Source: a virus
Taxonomy: Duplodnaviria; Heunggongvirae; Uroviricota; Caudoviricetes
Reading direction: 5' to 3' (one strand)
DNA length: 64,000 bases
Virus record (IMG/VR): IMGVR_UViG_2740892119_000002
Shown here: in pieces, positions 52,149 through 63,263 of the stretch
Position numbering within the stretch: position 1 is the first letter of the stretch
Layout: the number at the start of each line of letters is the position of its first letter
The notes under the pieces: model-generated
Databases searched by the model: none
Told to the model about the DNA's origin: nothing
Seen by the model: only the letters and a program-made list of their open reading frames with translations
Translations under genes and position numbers: made by a program

Positions 52149-52366
52149 AACCCCCCCTGAACGTCGGCAGAGAAGGGGAGGCTCCAGTAACTAAGTGAAT
52201 TGCGCGAGTTAGTTGAAAAACGGGCAGTAAAAATGCAGGGGCCATCAGGCAATTGAGAGCGTGCTTCGTCTTCTGTTGCTGCGATAACGAAGTGATAGTG
52301 GTGTTTTTTACAGGAATAGAAACGCCAGATGAATTCTTGGCGTGCGCAAGGATTGGCATTAACCAT
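52145..52366 (-). CDS. icd: Icd (interference with cell division), 73 aa, overlapping the ant start
   Basis: 73-aa frame starting MVNANPCARQ inside ORF 52145..52564. Confidence 0.65.
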   Translation of the reverse strand: MVNANPCARQEFIWRFYSCKKHHYHFVIAATEDEARSQLPDGPCIFTARFSTNSRNSLSYWSLPFSADVQGGL

Positions 52367-52504
52367 AGTTACGGCCTCATTCGTAGGTTTAACAACCTGC
52401 GCCCCGCTGCTAAACGGGTGGCAGGACGTGACGGGGTTAGCAGACTGGCACGAATGAAACCAGCAGGCCGAAGCCTCCCCATCACGCCCCACCATAATTC
52501 GGGC

Positions 52505-52590
52505 GTAACGTGGTTTTACGGACACAAAAATTCCGCAATATCGGATATCTGCGGTTGTCCGCATTCGTATTCAGGCTGCTAAACCCGGTC
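52505..52590 (-). ncRNA. c4: candidate C4 antisense repressor RNA (approximate)
   Basis: Repeated TTTAGCAG-containing segments with complementary copies in the icd/ant leader; operator 90 bp upstream. Confidence 0.35.
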
Positions 52591-52680
52591 GCAGAATTTG
52601 CTACGACGGCGGAACTATAAGCCTGAACGATTAAAAGGTCAATATGATGCGAAAAGATAGCATTCGCGACTTAAAAATAC

Positions 52681-52696
52681 AAATTTATTAGAGCAT
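52681..52696. promoter_or_regulatory. C1 operator (15/16) in front of the c4-icd-ant operon
   Basis: AAATTTATTAGAGCAT, reverse orientation. Confidence 0.65.
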
Positions 52697-52793
52697 TATT
52701 TGTGCAATAAATGCACAAATGGATCTAATAACCTCTTTTTTTTAAAGGCGAAAATATGTACCCTAAATGGGTTATAAGGCAGGTGAGATTATA

Positions 52794-52925
52794 ATGAGAA
52801 GACTATTACTACCGTTATTATTTATGGCCGGGACTGTTAATGCAGCATCAAGCGTAAAGGAGATTTGTACCGATTATACGAAATACCTTGGGCACGTTTA
52901 CGCCTTTGCGATCAATGACTATTAA
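52794..52925 (+). CDS. 43-aa secreted peptide (signal peptide MRRLLLPLLFMAGTVNA); first gene of the AT-rich sim-like block
   Basis: Manual translation; SD GGTGAG upstream. Confidence 0.35.
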   Translation: MRRLLLPLLFMAGTVNAASSVKEICTDYTKYLGHVYAFAINDY

Positions 52926-52928
52926 TCC

Positions 52929-53264
52929 ATGCGTAGGAGTGGATTTATGCTGATTCGTTTGTTTTTAGTGCTTTCCTTTTTAACATTTAATGTTTTTGCT
53001 GATGAAGTTGACTTTTCGAAGGTAGATTGCAATTCAGTGGAAACAAGAAAAGCTCTTATTGAAGAATATAACGAAATATTATCGTCATATGGAATAACAG
53101 TGGTTGATTCTTATAATCAAAAAACTATTCAGAAAGGAATAAATAAACTGGTTTGTTATGGTGTTTACCAATATTCAGATGGCTCTTCGGAGTATGTTAT
53201 TTATAAAGCATACCCAAATAGTCTTGGTGAATTGATTAGTGAGTTTAAACCGATTAATGAGTGA
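52929..53264 (+). CDS. secreted protein (111 aa) with signal peptide
   Basis: N-terminal hydrophobic signal LFLVLSFLTFNVFA; AT-rich codon usage. Confidence 0.5.
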   Translation: MRRSGFMLIRLFLVLSFLTFNVFADEVDFSKVDCNSVETRKALIEEYNEILSSYGITVVDSYNQKTIQKGINKLVCYGVYQYSDGSSEYVIYKAYPNSLGELISEFKPINE

Positions 53265-54051
53265 ATGGAAAATGAAATTATTTAATGTAATAACATTTTG
53301 TTGTGCTATTTTTGCTGGAAGCGCGATAGCTGATAATAAATTGCCAGATTGGCTTTCTACTTCAAAAAAAGATTATGATTTAGTAAGGGTGTTCTATTTG
53401 TCTGGATTTGCCTCGAAAGCAATGAATAATCAATTTGGTTATCATTTTCCATCTGAGTTGGTTAATGATTTTAAAGATAATGAATTTGCCGCTCAGGAAA
53501 AATGGAATACAATTTCAATTCTATATGGTGAAATAAAATCCATAAGAATGGTGAATAATGAACCAATTGTAGAGTTATTTACTCCAGGGGAAAATGCAAC
53601 GCCACTAAATTATATCAAATTGAAAGTGTTGGATTCAAAACAAAACTCTCTGTTAAAACTAAAAAAAGGGGATGATATATATGCAGTGTGCTCCGGTGCT
53701 AATTTTAGGTTAGTGCCAATTCTGAGCAACTGCACTCCAGCAACTGACGTCATTGATGCTGCACTCTCTTTTTCTGGTGAATATATGTTCCCTGCTTTTG
53801 ATTCTTTTTCACCTACTAAGCAAAACGTCAAATATATATTCACAAATCAAGATCCTGTTCAGATGATGAATTTTATAGGGTACCTATCCTTAGTCGATAC
53901 AACGAAGGATAAGAATAAAATGGATATGGTTCGTAAGTGTACGCCTTGGAAGCCGGAATGTTCACAACAATTCGTTGATGTAATGGAAGGATTTGATAAC
54001 ATCATGTATAAATATGAGAGGGAATTTAAAAATTACATAGAATTAAAATAG
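53239..54051 (+). CDS. SimC-like periplasmic superinfection-exclusion protein (precursor; probable start MKLFNV at 53272)
   Basis: Signal peptide MKLFNVITFCCAIFAGSAIA; about 260 aa; position next to c4/icd/ant as for P1 sim. Confidence 0.55.
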   Translation: MSLNRLMSEWKMKLFNVITFCCAIFAGSAIADNKLPDWLSTSKKDYDLVRVFYLSGFASKAMNNQFGYHFPSELVNDFKDNEFAAQEKWNTISILYGEIKSIRMVNNEPIVELFTPGENATPLNYIKLKVLDSKQNSLLKLKKGDDIYAVCSGANFRLVPILSNCTPATDVIDAALSFSGEYMFPAFDSFSPTKQNVKYIFTNQDPVQMMNFIGYLSLVDTTKDKNKMDMVRKCTPWKPECSQQFVDVMEGFDNIMYKYEREFKNYIELK

Positions 54052-54211
54052 TATTTGAAAGGATAGTCAATTTAAGTTTTAACAAAACGCCCATTAAAGG
54101 GCGTTTTATTGTTTTACTCAAAACAATCTGATTATGTGATAACCATATCATATTCCTCATTCCACCTACACTGATTACCCCCCCAGACAACAACATTCCT
54201 ACTCAATGAAC

Positions 54212-54231
54212 AAATGACTACTCGTAGAATC
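54212..54231 (+). promoter_or_regulatory. late-promoter-like motif AAATGACTACTCGTAGAATC
   Basis: Same motif family; 30 bp upstream of the tail operon. Confidence 0.5.
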
Positions 54232-54237
54232 GGTTAA

Positions 54238-54828
<591 letters not shown>

Positions 54829-54838
54829 GGGGGCTGAT

Positions 54839-55450
54839 ATGGGGCTTAATGTTGCTTCAGTAAAGTCTTATGTATCTTCGGCATTAACGACGACATTATT
54901 TGGCTCCGGCGTTGGTGAGCGGGAAGTTGGTAAGCTGACGTCAATCATCATGAACAAAATGCTGTTCGCGCAAGGATGGCAGTTCTCTGTCGAAGTTGAT
55001 GGTCTGGAGGGGGCAGACTTCTTTGCTAAAGACATTACCTACCACGATTACAGCATCGAATATGAAACGATTAAAATCGGCGGAGGGAATATCCTTCAGC
55101 CAACGGAGCGTTCGCCTGGGCAGATAACAATGATGGTCAGGGATACCGTTGATGGCCTCGTTTTGGACTGGTTTAAGACGGCAAAAAGTCGGGTGATCAA
55201 TCCGGACGGTACCGGGAATATACCGTCTAAATATTTGCTCAATGTGCGTATTTATCGGTTGCTGTCCTCCGGTTTAACCAAACTGGAAAATGAGATGACG
55301 GTATTCCCGGTCACTACCGGCGATGTCACCTATGCGCGGGATCAGGTTACGGAATTTAAGTCATTCCCAATGACCTTCGCATTGCACAGCACGTTTAACC
55401 AATCCTCAAGTTCTTTGGCTTCCCTTCTGGGCTTTAGTTTTTCTCTTTGA
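54839..55450 (+). CDS. tail tube-like protein (203 aa)
   Basis: ORF; beta-rich. Confidence 0.5.
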   Translation: MGLNVASVKSYVSSALTTTLFGSGVGEREVGKLTSIIMNKMLFAQGWQFSVEVDGLEGADFFAKDITYHDYSIEYETIKIGGGNILQPTERSPGQITMMVRDTVDGLVLDWFKTAKSRVINPDGTGNIPSKYLLNVRIYRLLSSGLTKLENEMTVFPVTTGDVTYARDQVTEFKSFPMTFALHSTFNQSSSSLASLLGFSFSL

Positions 55451-55464
55451 ATTAAGGAGCAAGG

Positions 55465-56346
55465 ATGCTTTTACCCCTTTTCCCGCTACCATCGCGGCCA
55501 ACTGAATTGATCCAGTTCCGTCAGCCAAATATTGCTGATGCGATGCGTTTCAACTCGATAACACTGGAGGAACAAGAACAACAGACAACGGCGTATTTAA
55601 AAGCCTTGCTGGCTGAACCCGCGAAACATGATCCCCTGACATGGACGGCGCAGGACCGGATTACCGCGTTATGGTGGATATTTACCGGCTCCCGTGAAAC
55701 ACCGGTCGAGACATTCACCTACACCTGTAAACATTGCGGTAAAGAGCATTATTACGATTGCGATATGAATGCTCTGGCTGAAGATATCCAGGTCCTGGAA
55801 GTGGAACCTTTCATTGACGATATTGAGGTGTCTGTAGAGGGAGTACCTTATCAATGGCGTATCGTGCCGCTTGATGGTTGGGCAATGGAAATGCTGGAGA
55901 TGCGCCGTGCAGCATTGCCACCTGAAGACGACGCGGAATTCAAAGAAGCGATCGTTGATTTGCGTTTTTGGGAATTCGCTTATCAGTGTGAGCTTTATAA
56001 CGATGTTAGCGGTACTCGTGAAGATCAGGCTGAGCGTCGTTATGAAACGATTAAACGGATGGCCATTGATACTGAATTTATGAAGCTGGCTGCACACATC
56101 CGGCTGGCTCATGAAAAGCTCGAACATGGTTTACCGTGCTACATCGATAAAGGCGAAATGCGTCTTCGTCTCCCGCCGCACAAATGCCCAAACCAGGATA
56201 CAAAGGAGTCCACAGAGGGTGCGTATACCCGTCTGTGGGTGCCCTTTCGGGCTACCGACTTCATTCCACAGGTGGGGATTGAAAAGCTATCAGACCTTAG
56301 TGTCCAACCTGGTTTTGTATGGGGGTATACCGATTCAGGACGCTGA
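55465..56346 (+). CDS. tail assembly protein (293 aa)
   Basis: ORF upstream of the tape-measure gene. Confidence 0.55.
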   Translation: MLLPLFPLPSRPTELIQFRQPNIADAMRFNSITLEEQEQQTTAYLKALLAEPAKHDPLTWTAQDRITALWWIFTGSRETPVETFTYTCKHCGKEHYYDCDMNALAEDIQVLEVEPFIDDIEVSVEGVPYQWRIVPLDGWAMEMLEMRRAALPPEDDAEFKEAIVDLRFWEFAYQCELYNDVSGTREDQAERRYETIKRMAIDTEFMKLAAHIRLAHEKLEHGLPCYIDKGEMRLRLPPHKCPNQDTKESTEGAYTRLWVPFRATDFIPQVGIEKLSDLSVQPGFVWGYTDSGR

Positions 56347-56427
56347 AAGGCTCACTGAATCCTATGCGTTTTTCCTGTTGGAGAAACTGGAAGAAAAACT
56401 TAAACCGAAGCGGTAGGCGATAAGATC

Positions 56428-59400
56428 ATGGAAAGAAAAAACGCCAACATTGACGATGTGATAAGGACGGTTGAAACCGCCAGCGCAAAAGAGCTGGAAG
56501 AGCTTGCAGGTATTCGGGAAGCCGTTGAAGATTTGAAAGGGGGGCGAGTTGCTACAGTTGATCCTGTCTCTCGCAGTGTGTCGGCATTAAATCGCACAAT
56601 CGAAAATTCACGTCCTGACTTTGTGACCAATGCGCCATCAGTGGACTCTATTGTTGACGCAATGAAACGGCTTAATTTAGGGGGCGTTTCTCGTATACGG
56701 GAGGACAAAGTCACTAACCGTGAACAGCAGGCTGCACCAACAGCGCACAATCCCCCAAATAGACGAAGAGAGGCAATAACAGAGGATGTTAAAGCACAGC
56801 GGTTAGAAACGGTCAAACTCGCTCGTGATTTGAAAGGGGAACGCGTTGCAACGGTTGACCCAGTATCTCGCAGTGTGTCGGCATTAAATCGAACAATCGA
56901 AAATTCCCGGCCAGACTTTGTGGCCAATGCGCCATCAGTAGACCCTATTGTTGACGCAATGAAACGGCTTAATTTAGGGGACGTTTCTCGTGTAGTTCAG
57001 GAGGGCATTGCTCAACAGGAACAGCAGGCCAAATCAACTACACCAAAGGGTAAAAAAAGACGCAGGAAGGCTATAACAGAAGATGTAAAGGCGCAACGGA
57101 CCGAAGCAGCCGAACACGCTCGCGAAATGTTCGGTCAAAAAGGCGGTGCGCAAAAAAGCCAAAACCAACGCGATGCGCGTGGTCGTTTTATTGGAAAGTC
57201 AGGGAGTAAGGCCGCAGCGGAAGATGCCCGTGCTGAACGTGCTGAAAAGGCCAGGCGCAAAGAGGATGATGAGCGTCTAAATGCTGAATCAGGTTTATTA
57301 AAAAAACTGTCAAAAGTAGCTGAAGGCATAGGTAACCCTTCAGAGACTCGTGCCGTCGATGCGTTAGGTTATGCCGTTGCTGGTCCATTGTGGGCAGCAG
57401 GGAAGGAGCTTGGCGGGATATCAAAAGAAGTTGGTGGATCGCTTAATGGTGCCAGAAAGTCTATTGCCGATGTGATTCGTGGCAATGACGATAACAGCCG
57501 TAGAAAAGGTTTTTTTAGGCGTAAATCGCAAAATAGTGCCGATGTCGTTCAGGTTAACACCCAAAAACGGACGGTTCAGGAACTTCAGGAGCAGACCAGC
57601 GAAATTAAAGAGGGCAATGACAAGATTCTCCGCGCCCTTGATCAGATAGCCAAAAACACCGGGAAAAAGAAGGGCGGCTTGCTGTCCAAACTATTTAGCC
57701 TGTTAGGGAAGGGGGCCGGTGGCGTCGCGTCGTTGTTAATGGGGCGTGGCATGCTGAAAAAAGCTGGAGCACTCGCTTTTGGCGCTCTGGGGGCAAAGAA
57801 ACTTGTAGGAGTGCTACGCGGTGGTGGCAAGAAGACTCTCGCCCATGAAGGCGGAGATTTGGCTGCCCGGGCAGCAGGTAAACTTGGATTAAAGGCAGTT
57901 GGTAAAGGGGCGTTACGCGCAATTCCCCTAGTCGGCACAGTGGCTGGAGGTATTTATGATGCGGTAACCGGTTGGAATGATACAGAAGCGCAACGTCGAG
58001 CGTTTGGGCTTAAATCAGGACAAGATCCATCATTCCAGCAAAAAGCCGCTTATACGTTAGCTAATGTTCTTGATATGGGGGGACTGGTATCTGGTATTAG
58101 CAGCGCCATTGGTGAGGTTCTCAAATCACTTGGATTTGAGGATATCGGCAATATGTTGCAATCATTTTCGACGGAAAGTATTGCCCAGGCCATTGATAGT
58201 GGGATTACCAACTTAGAAACATATATTTCTAACCTTGGCGACACCATTTCTACCAAGTTCGATGATTACACAGCAAAGATTGGTGATGCTGTTTCAGCAT
58301 GGTTTAGCGATACATCTAATAAGCTGCTTGAAAAGCTGGATGCCATCAAAGACTTCTTTACTGTCGATAACCTGAAACAGGTTTTCAGTGATGCAATTGA
58401 TAGTGCAATTGATTTCATTAAGAACCCAGGGAAACACATTAAAGAGGCGGCTGGTAATATTTGGGATGGGGTTAAAAATTTACCAGGTAAAGCATTAGAT
58501 GCAGCGGTTGATGCCGTTAAAAATACCCCTGCGGCAATGATTATATCAAAAATACCCAATCCGATCGGCGAGGCTAATGCGAAAGAAATCACTCCAGAGT
58601 TAAAAGCTCCGGTTAATAGCCACCAGGAGACGTCTGATTCTAAAACTGAATCCGATGCCAAACAGAGTAATATTGCTACCCGCGTGATAAATGCGGCACT
58701 GGACACAGCGAAAGATAGCAATAAAACAGTTAAACAAACTGCCAATCAGATTATCAATGCAAATGCCGTAGAAACGGGCAATAGCGCGTTGCAGAAAATT
58801 GATAAAGCTATTGGTCAAAATAGCTCGTCATCATCGTCGCTTAATACCACTGGCACCAGGAATGACATTCAGAAAGCTGCGGATACTTACAACAATGGCA
58901 ACTTAGATGTAAAAGTCGGAAGTCTTGGCGCTGAAGGTAAGGCAAATCTCGATAAGTTGGCTCCGTATTTTGCCGAACTAGAGAATAAATACGGTCTTCC
59001 AGAAGGCACTCTTTACGCGATTGCTGCAACTGAATCTGGTGGTAATCCGTATGCAAAATCCCAAACCGGTGCTCTGGGGATGTTTCAGTTCACGGGGATT
59101 GCTCGTGAAGAGACTGGCTTAGCTGAAGGTGAATCGTTTGATCCTGTGAAATCGGCAGAAGCTGCGGCTCTTCTCATGAGCAAGTATCTGAAGCAAGCCA
59201 ATGGAGACTTAAACGAGGCCATCACTGCATATAATGCTGGGTTTGGCACTATTAATAAGTGGAAAAAAGGCACAGGTGACTTATCGAAAGAAAACCGTGA
59301 GTACGCGATCAAGGTCAATACTCATCGTGCTCGCTATTTAGGTGGTGAAATCTATACACCTGGAGCAGGAGCACAGGGTGGGGCGCAATATGGAGTGAGG

Positions 59401-60117
59401 GGACCACTGCCTGATAACGCTGTTATCGATCAGTATACTGGCCTGGCGTTTACCCCTGGTGATAGCCCGTTTGAGAAAGGCGGTCTGGTCGACAAAATCG
59501 GCAATGCTGTTGGCGTTAACGATCTGGTCAACAAATTCATGAATGGCCGGGGGATGCGTCGGGAAGTCGTTCAGGGAACGCTAGAAGAACGTGCACGAGG
59601 GAAGGGGACCGCAACAGCAGCTGGCAATGTGTATGTTGATACACCTATGCCAGTTGAAGAGGCACGTCCGGTGGCCAACAACTCAAGTTACTTTGACCAG
59701 CTCGGCGCACAAATGGGGATTGATGGACTGTATGACAAACTCATTAATGCCCGGGGAATGCGCTCAAATAATTCTCCTCAACCAGCCTCCACGTCCCAGG
59801 TGACGACTGCCGCCAACGATTTGCAGCAACCAACCGGTCGTATGCAGATAGACGGACAGGTTATTAGTGACCTTGGTGGCTCCGGTGCCAAGCCGACAAT
59901 GCAGTTGGCTGATAATACCGTTTCACTTGATGGTGAAACGAAGCGGCTGTTTGCGCAGATGACCTCATTGCTTGCCAGGATTGAAGAGCACACCAAAGAC
60001 TCAGCGAAAGGCCAGGGAACTGTCGTAAAGGTCAGCACGCCTCAGCCGGGCGTTATGCGCACGGTACCACTGTCAATTGATGATCCGTTGATGAATGACT
60101 ACGCGAGAGTTGATTGA
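56428..60117 (+). CDS. sit: tape-measure-like protein with soluble lytic transglycosylase domain (Sit-like)
   Basis: 1229 aa; SLT motif AIAATESGGNPYAKSQTGALGMFQF; tandem 99-aa N-terminal repeat; Gly/Lys-rich central region. Confidence 0.8.
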   Translation: MERKNANIDDVIRTVETASAKELEELAGIREAVEDLKGGRVATVDPVSRSVSALNRTIENSRPDFVTNAPSVDSIVDAMKRLNLGGVSRIREDKVTNREQQAAPTAHNPPNRRREAITEDVKAQRLETVKLARDLKGERVATVDPVSRSVSALNRTIENSRPDFVANAPSVDPIVDAMKRLNLGDVSRVVQEGIAQQEQQAKSTTPKGKKRRRKAITEDVKAQRTEAAEHAREMFGQKGGAQKSQNQRDARGRFIGKSGSKAAAEDARAERAEKARRKEDDERLNAESGLLKKLSKVAEGIGNPSETRAVDALGYAVAGPLWAAGKELGGISKEVGGSLNGARKSIADVIRGNDDNSRRKGFFRRKSQNSADVVQVNTQKRTVQELQEQTSEIKEGNDKILRALDQIAKNTGKKKGGLLSKLFSLLGKGAGGVASLLMGRGMLKKAGALAFGALGAKKLVGVLRGGGKKTLAHEGGDLAARAAGKLGLKAVGKGALRAIPLVGTVAGGIYDAVTGWNDTEAQRRAFGLKSGQDPSFQQKAAYTLANVLDMGGLVSGISSAIGEVLKSLGFEDIGNMLQSFSTESIAQAIDSGITNLETYISNLGDTISTKFDDYTAKIGDAVSAWFSDTSNKLLEKLDAIKDFFTVDNLKQVFSDAIDSAIDFIKNPGKHIKEAAGNIWDGVKNLPGKALDAAVDAVKNTPAAMIISKIPNPIGEANAKEITPELKAPVNSHQETSDSKTESDAKQSNIATRVINAALDTAKDSNKTVKQTANQIINANAVETGNSALQKIDKAIGQNSSSSSSLNTTGTRNDIQKAADTYNNGNLDVKVGSLGAEGKANLDKLAPYFAELENKYGLPEGTLYAIAATESGGNPYAKSQTGALGMFQFTGIAREETGLAEGESFDPVKSAEAAALLMSKYLKQANGDLNEAITAYNAGFGTINKWKKGTGDLSKENREYAIKVNTHRARYLGGEIYTPGAGAQGGAQYGVRGPLPDNAVIDQYTGLAFTPGDSPFEKGGLVDKIGNAVGVNDLVNKFMNGRGMRREVVQGTLEERARGKGTATAAGNVYVDTPMPVEEARPVANNSSYFDQLGAQMGIDGLYDKLINARGMRSNNSPQPASTSQVTTAANDLQQPTGRMQIDGQVISDLGGSGAKPTMQLADNTVSLDGETKRLFAQMTSLLARIEEHTKDSAKGQGTVVKVSTPQPGVMRTVPLSIDDPLMNDYARVD

Positions 60118-60473
60118 TGGCCAACAATAACGAAATTGATCCTTTGCTGACGCTGGAGTTATCCGGCGTAAAAACGTATGAGTCCCAGGAGGAGGCCTGG
60201 GGCGCTCGTTTATATGAGTGGCTAAACACTTATCAGGGTGAGGTATACGGGGATCCGTCATGGGGCAATGTTTTACCGCAGTTTAAACACGAACCGACCA
60301 ACTTGTCGCATGTTCAAATTGCGGTTGAGGCAATGCTGTTGCAAAAACTGACGGTAGATTTACCTGACATACCGATTTCTGGCTTGTCAGTAGCCGAGGG
60401 AGATGCTTTTGATAAGTTGAAAATATCCATTCGTATCAGGGATATAACTATCACACAGGACGTGGTGCTATGA
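60114..60473 (+). CDS. tail/baseplate protein (119 aa)
   Basis: ORF with ATGA overlap to both neighbours. Confidence 0.55.
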   Translation: MMANNNEIDPLLTLELSGVKTYESQEEAWGARLYEWLNTYQGEVYGDPSWGNVLPQFKHEPTNLSHVQIAVEAMLLQKLTVDLPDIPISGLSVAEGDAFDKLKISIRIRDITITQDVVL

Positions 60474-61903
60474 GTAAAACAACACCGACTAAAGACAGTA
60501 TTCGTGCAGAGTTTGAAGAGCTTGTCGAGAAAGATTCATTCTGGTCGAAGTTTGTCGGCTCTCAATTTGTCTCGATGCTGACATTGTTTATTACCCAGAT
60601 TGTCTACAGGTGCTTTCAGTATGCCGATGCGGCGCTGGCTGAAGGCTTTATATCGACCGCGACGCGGCGTTCCTCTATCCTGGCAGCGGCAGAAACGAAT
60701 AGTTACGTTGGTACCAAGCCAACACCGTCATCGGGGATGATTGAGATCACCGCCACAAGTGAAGATGCCCCAGCGGTAATCCCCAAAAATATGCCTTTAA
60801 TATCTGACGACCAGTACCCTTACATGACTATGGATGTATGCAGGTTGGTTGACGGCACCGGTACGGTAGAAGTGGCACAGTTGGAAATCCAGGAGGTGAC
60901 ATATACCGTTACGGCTGCCAAAGAATTTCTGGAAGTCGTGTTATCAAAGGCTCTCACTGCTGTCTGCTATAAGCTGGAAGTATTCGTGACGACCGATGGT
61001 AAGACCACGCAGTGGTCTTCCAGCACAATGTTCCGGTTAGCTGGTAGTAAAAGCCAGGTCTACGTTGAGTTTTATAAACCATCCGAACAGTTGGGTGTCC
61101 GATTCGGCGATGGGCTAATTGGGCAAATACCGCCAGAAGGCTCGACAATTACGCTTAAGGTATGGTGCACCAACGGCGATATAACCCTGGTTGCTGGCCA
61201 AAACCTGACTCCTGTTGATTCTGCGGCTAATTTAGCTAATTTGATTTCAGTTAAGACAACGACACCTATAACCGCAGGTACCGATGCTGAAACAACGGAG
61301 ATCACACGTAACCGTGCACAATATTACCTTGCCTATGATGATCAGGTCGTATGGGGCGGGGACTATACGTATTTTCTGGTGCGTAACATCCCGGGACTGT
61401 CCTGGGTAAAGGCATGGGGCGAAGGCCAGCAAGAGAAATTAGATGGTGCTTATAATGTTCGGAATATCAATAAGATATTTATTTCAGGATGGCATCCAAA
61501 CAAAAGCCAGTCAGAGCTTGAAGAAATGATCCTGGCCGCCTTTAAGAAGGTGCCGAATGAGTTGAACAAGAAATTCTCGTATAAAGAGGTCAGAAAACTA
61601 CCCTTTAAGATCACCATCACTGGGCGGATATCGGCAAGCCTGACCATTGAGAACGTGACTGATGAGCTGAAGTCGGCACTGGAAACAAAATTTGGGCGTG
61701 ACTCAACTTTCTTTGATCCGAACCGTGTCGGCAAGTACATCCTAATCAAGAAAAAAGACGTTTGGGCATTTATCGAAACGCTGGGTTATTTCCGCGACTT
61801 TTATCTGGAATTTGTCGAGTGGAATGAGTCCAACGGCTTTTACGATTTCGTTTATCTGGATACAGAAAACTCCACCTTTAATATTTCGTATGAGGAGGAG
61901 TGA
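60470..61903 (+). CDS. baseplate protein (477 aa)
   Basis: ORF in the tail operon. Confidence 0.55.
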   Translation: MSKTTPTKDSIRAEFEELVEKDSFWSKFVGSQFVSMLTLFITQIVYRCFQYADAALAEGFISTATRRSSILAAAETNSYVGTKPTPSSGMIEITATSEDAPAVIPKNMPLISDDQYPYMTMDVCRLVDGTGTVEVAQLEIQEVTYTVTAAKEFLEVVLSKALTAVCYKLEVFVTTDGKTTQWSSSTMFRLAGSKSQVYVEFYKPSEQLGVRFGDGLIGQIPPEGSTITLKVWCTNGDITLVAGQNLTPVDSAANLANLISVKTTTPITAGTDAETTEITRNRAQYYLAYDDQVVWGGDYTYFLVRNIPGLSWVKAWGEGQQEKLDGAYNVRNINKIFISGWHPNKSQSELEEMILAAFKKVPNELNKKFSYKEVRKLPFKITITGRISASLTIENVTDELKSALETKFGRDSTFFDPNRVGKYILIKKKDVWAFIETLGYFRDFYLEFVEWNESNGFYDFVYLDTENSTFNISYEEE

Positions 61904-62739
61904 TGCAGCGTTCCTGGTTTAATAACCGGCTTACATCAGCTAAGCAAAAGTCATTACTTTATAAATCATTGGCTGATTTGGTTCAGTCAATGATGGACAC
62001 CTTTGTTGACCCATGGTTGGAGCGAATTACCAACCGGAAGTCTATTTTCTCCATGAGCAAGGAGGATCTGGAGACTAGGACAAATGAACTTGGCCAGTTT
62101 TTTACTATCAGAACGTCGAATTCATCTTCCGTTCCGATGTTGTTACAACAGCGGTTTGATGAGATCCATTTTAAGGGTACTGAACGCCCTATAAACCAGA
62201 CAATTTATCGCGAATTTAACGGTATATCGGTTTTATGGGATCCCATATATGCTCCGGTGGACTTTGAACGTCATCCCTATGGCACGGTCCTGATTCCAGA
62301 AAGCACACTGGAAACCACCGGCGGCACATTCGGCGAGATGTTTCTGACTTCCAGAGGAATGATCAGTATTCCCATAAACGACTTGGCCCGGACAATGGGT
62401 ATTACTGGAACGATAGATCAGTCCGCAATTACAGAAGAAATTCTCAGAAAGTTTAATCAGTTCGTAAAGCCTCTACTGCCACTGCATATAGTGTTTGATG
62501 GGCTTACGCTCTATTTGTCGGTTGTTGTAAATGAACAGGCCGACATGATCACTTTGAATGAGATTTCTGATACCGAAAAAGCATTCTGCTGGTTTGAAAC
62601 TTCGGATACAACTTCGCTTACTGAAGTTACGTCGATTAACGCCCCGATCACTGCAACGCCGGGCGGCACTATTGTGAAAGCAACGCCTACGTTTGATCGC
62701 ACCCGCGCAGATGATTTGCTGTTGGATAGCGATGCGTGA
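61900..62739 (+). CDS. baseplate/tail-fibre-associated protein (279 aa)
   Basis: ORF in the tail operon. Confidence 0.55.
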   Translation: MMQRSWFNNRLTSAKQKSLLYKSLADLVQSMMDTFVDPWLERITNRKSIFSMSKEDLETRTNELGQFFTIRTSNSSSVPMLLQQRFDEIHFKGTERPINQTIYREFNGISVLWDPIYAPVDFERHPYGTVLIPESTLETTGGTFGEMFLTSRGMISIPINDLARTMGITGTIDQSAITEEILRKFNQFVKPLLPLHIVFDGLTLYLSVVVNEQADMITLNEISDTEKAFCWFETSDTTSLTEVTSINAPITATPGGTIVKATPTFDRTRADDLLLDSDA

Positions 62740-62817
62740 CAATCACCCCGTCCGCAGGGCGGGGTGACAAGTTACTTATCTTACAATGAGGCTTCACAAC
62801 ATTGATTAGGGAAAATC

Positions 62818-63252
62818 ATGTCTGACGTCTCAACAAACCTCTATAAGAGTCAGTTGTTGGACTATTACTATCAGCGGCGCGCTGAATCGTCCATTAACAA
62901 AGGCTCTCGATTTTTAATCAGCAAGGCCGTTTTCGGTACCAGTTCACTGGTTACTAAGAAAGGAGATGGCACTTATGAGATTGGAGAACTGCCAAAGGCT
63001 TTCGATCTGGCAGAACTGACCAGTCAATTTTGCACCATCAACCTCGTCCCAACCTACTCAGGCGGGATAATTACTGTCCGAATGGACCTTGATCAAAGTC
63101 AGTTGCAGGAAGGGAAAAACTACCCATTCAACACTCTGGTTGTTCTGGATAACGAGAATAAGCCAATCGCCATTATTTGTGTCCAAGAAGACTCGCTGTA
63201 TGTGGGCAAAACATATACCGCAGTTATGGCCATAAACTCGACTACAGCATAA
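62818..63252 (+). CDS. tail fibre-associated protein (144 aa)
   Basis: ORF directly upstream of the tail-fibre gene. Confidence 0.55.
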   Translation: MSDVSTNLYKSQLLDYYYQRRAESSINKGSRFLISKAVFGTSSLVTKKGDGTYEIGELPKAFDLAELTSQFCTINLVPTYSGGIITVRMDLDQSQLQEGKNYPFNTLVVLDNENKPIAIICVQEDSLYVGKTYTAVMAINSTTA

Positions 63253-63263
63253 GGATATGCTTG

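Noticed and set aside
55669-56127. 152-aa minus-strand ORF inside the tail assembly gene
   Set aside because: Antisense shadow ORF with no start context.
56400-56927. 175-aa minus-strand ORF overlapping the start of sit
   Set aside because: Lies antisense to the tandem repeat of sit; its repetitive translation mirrors the repeat on the other strand.
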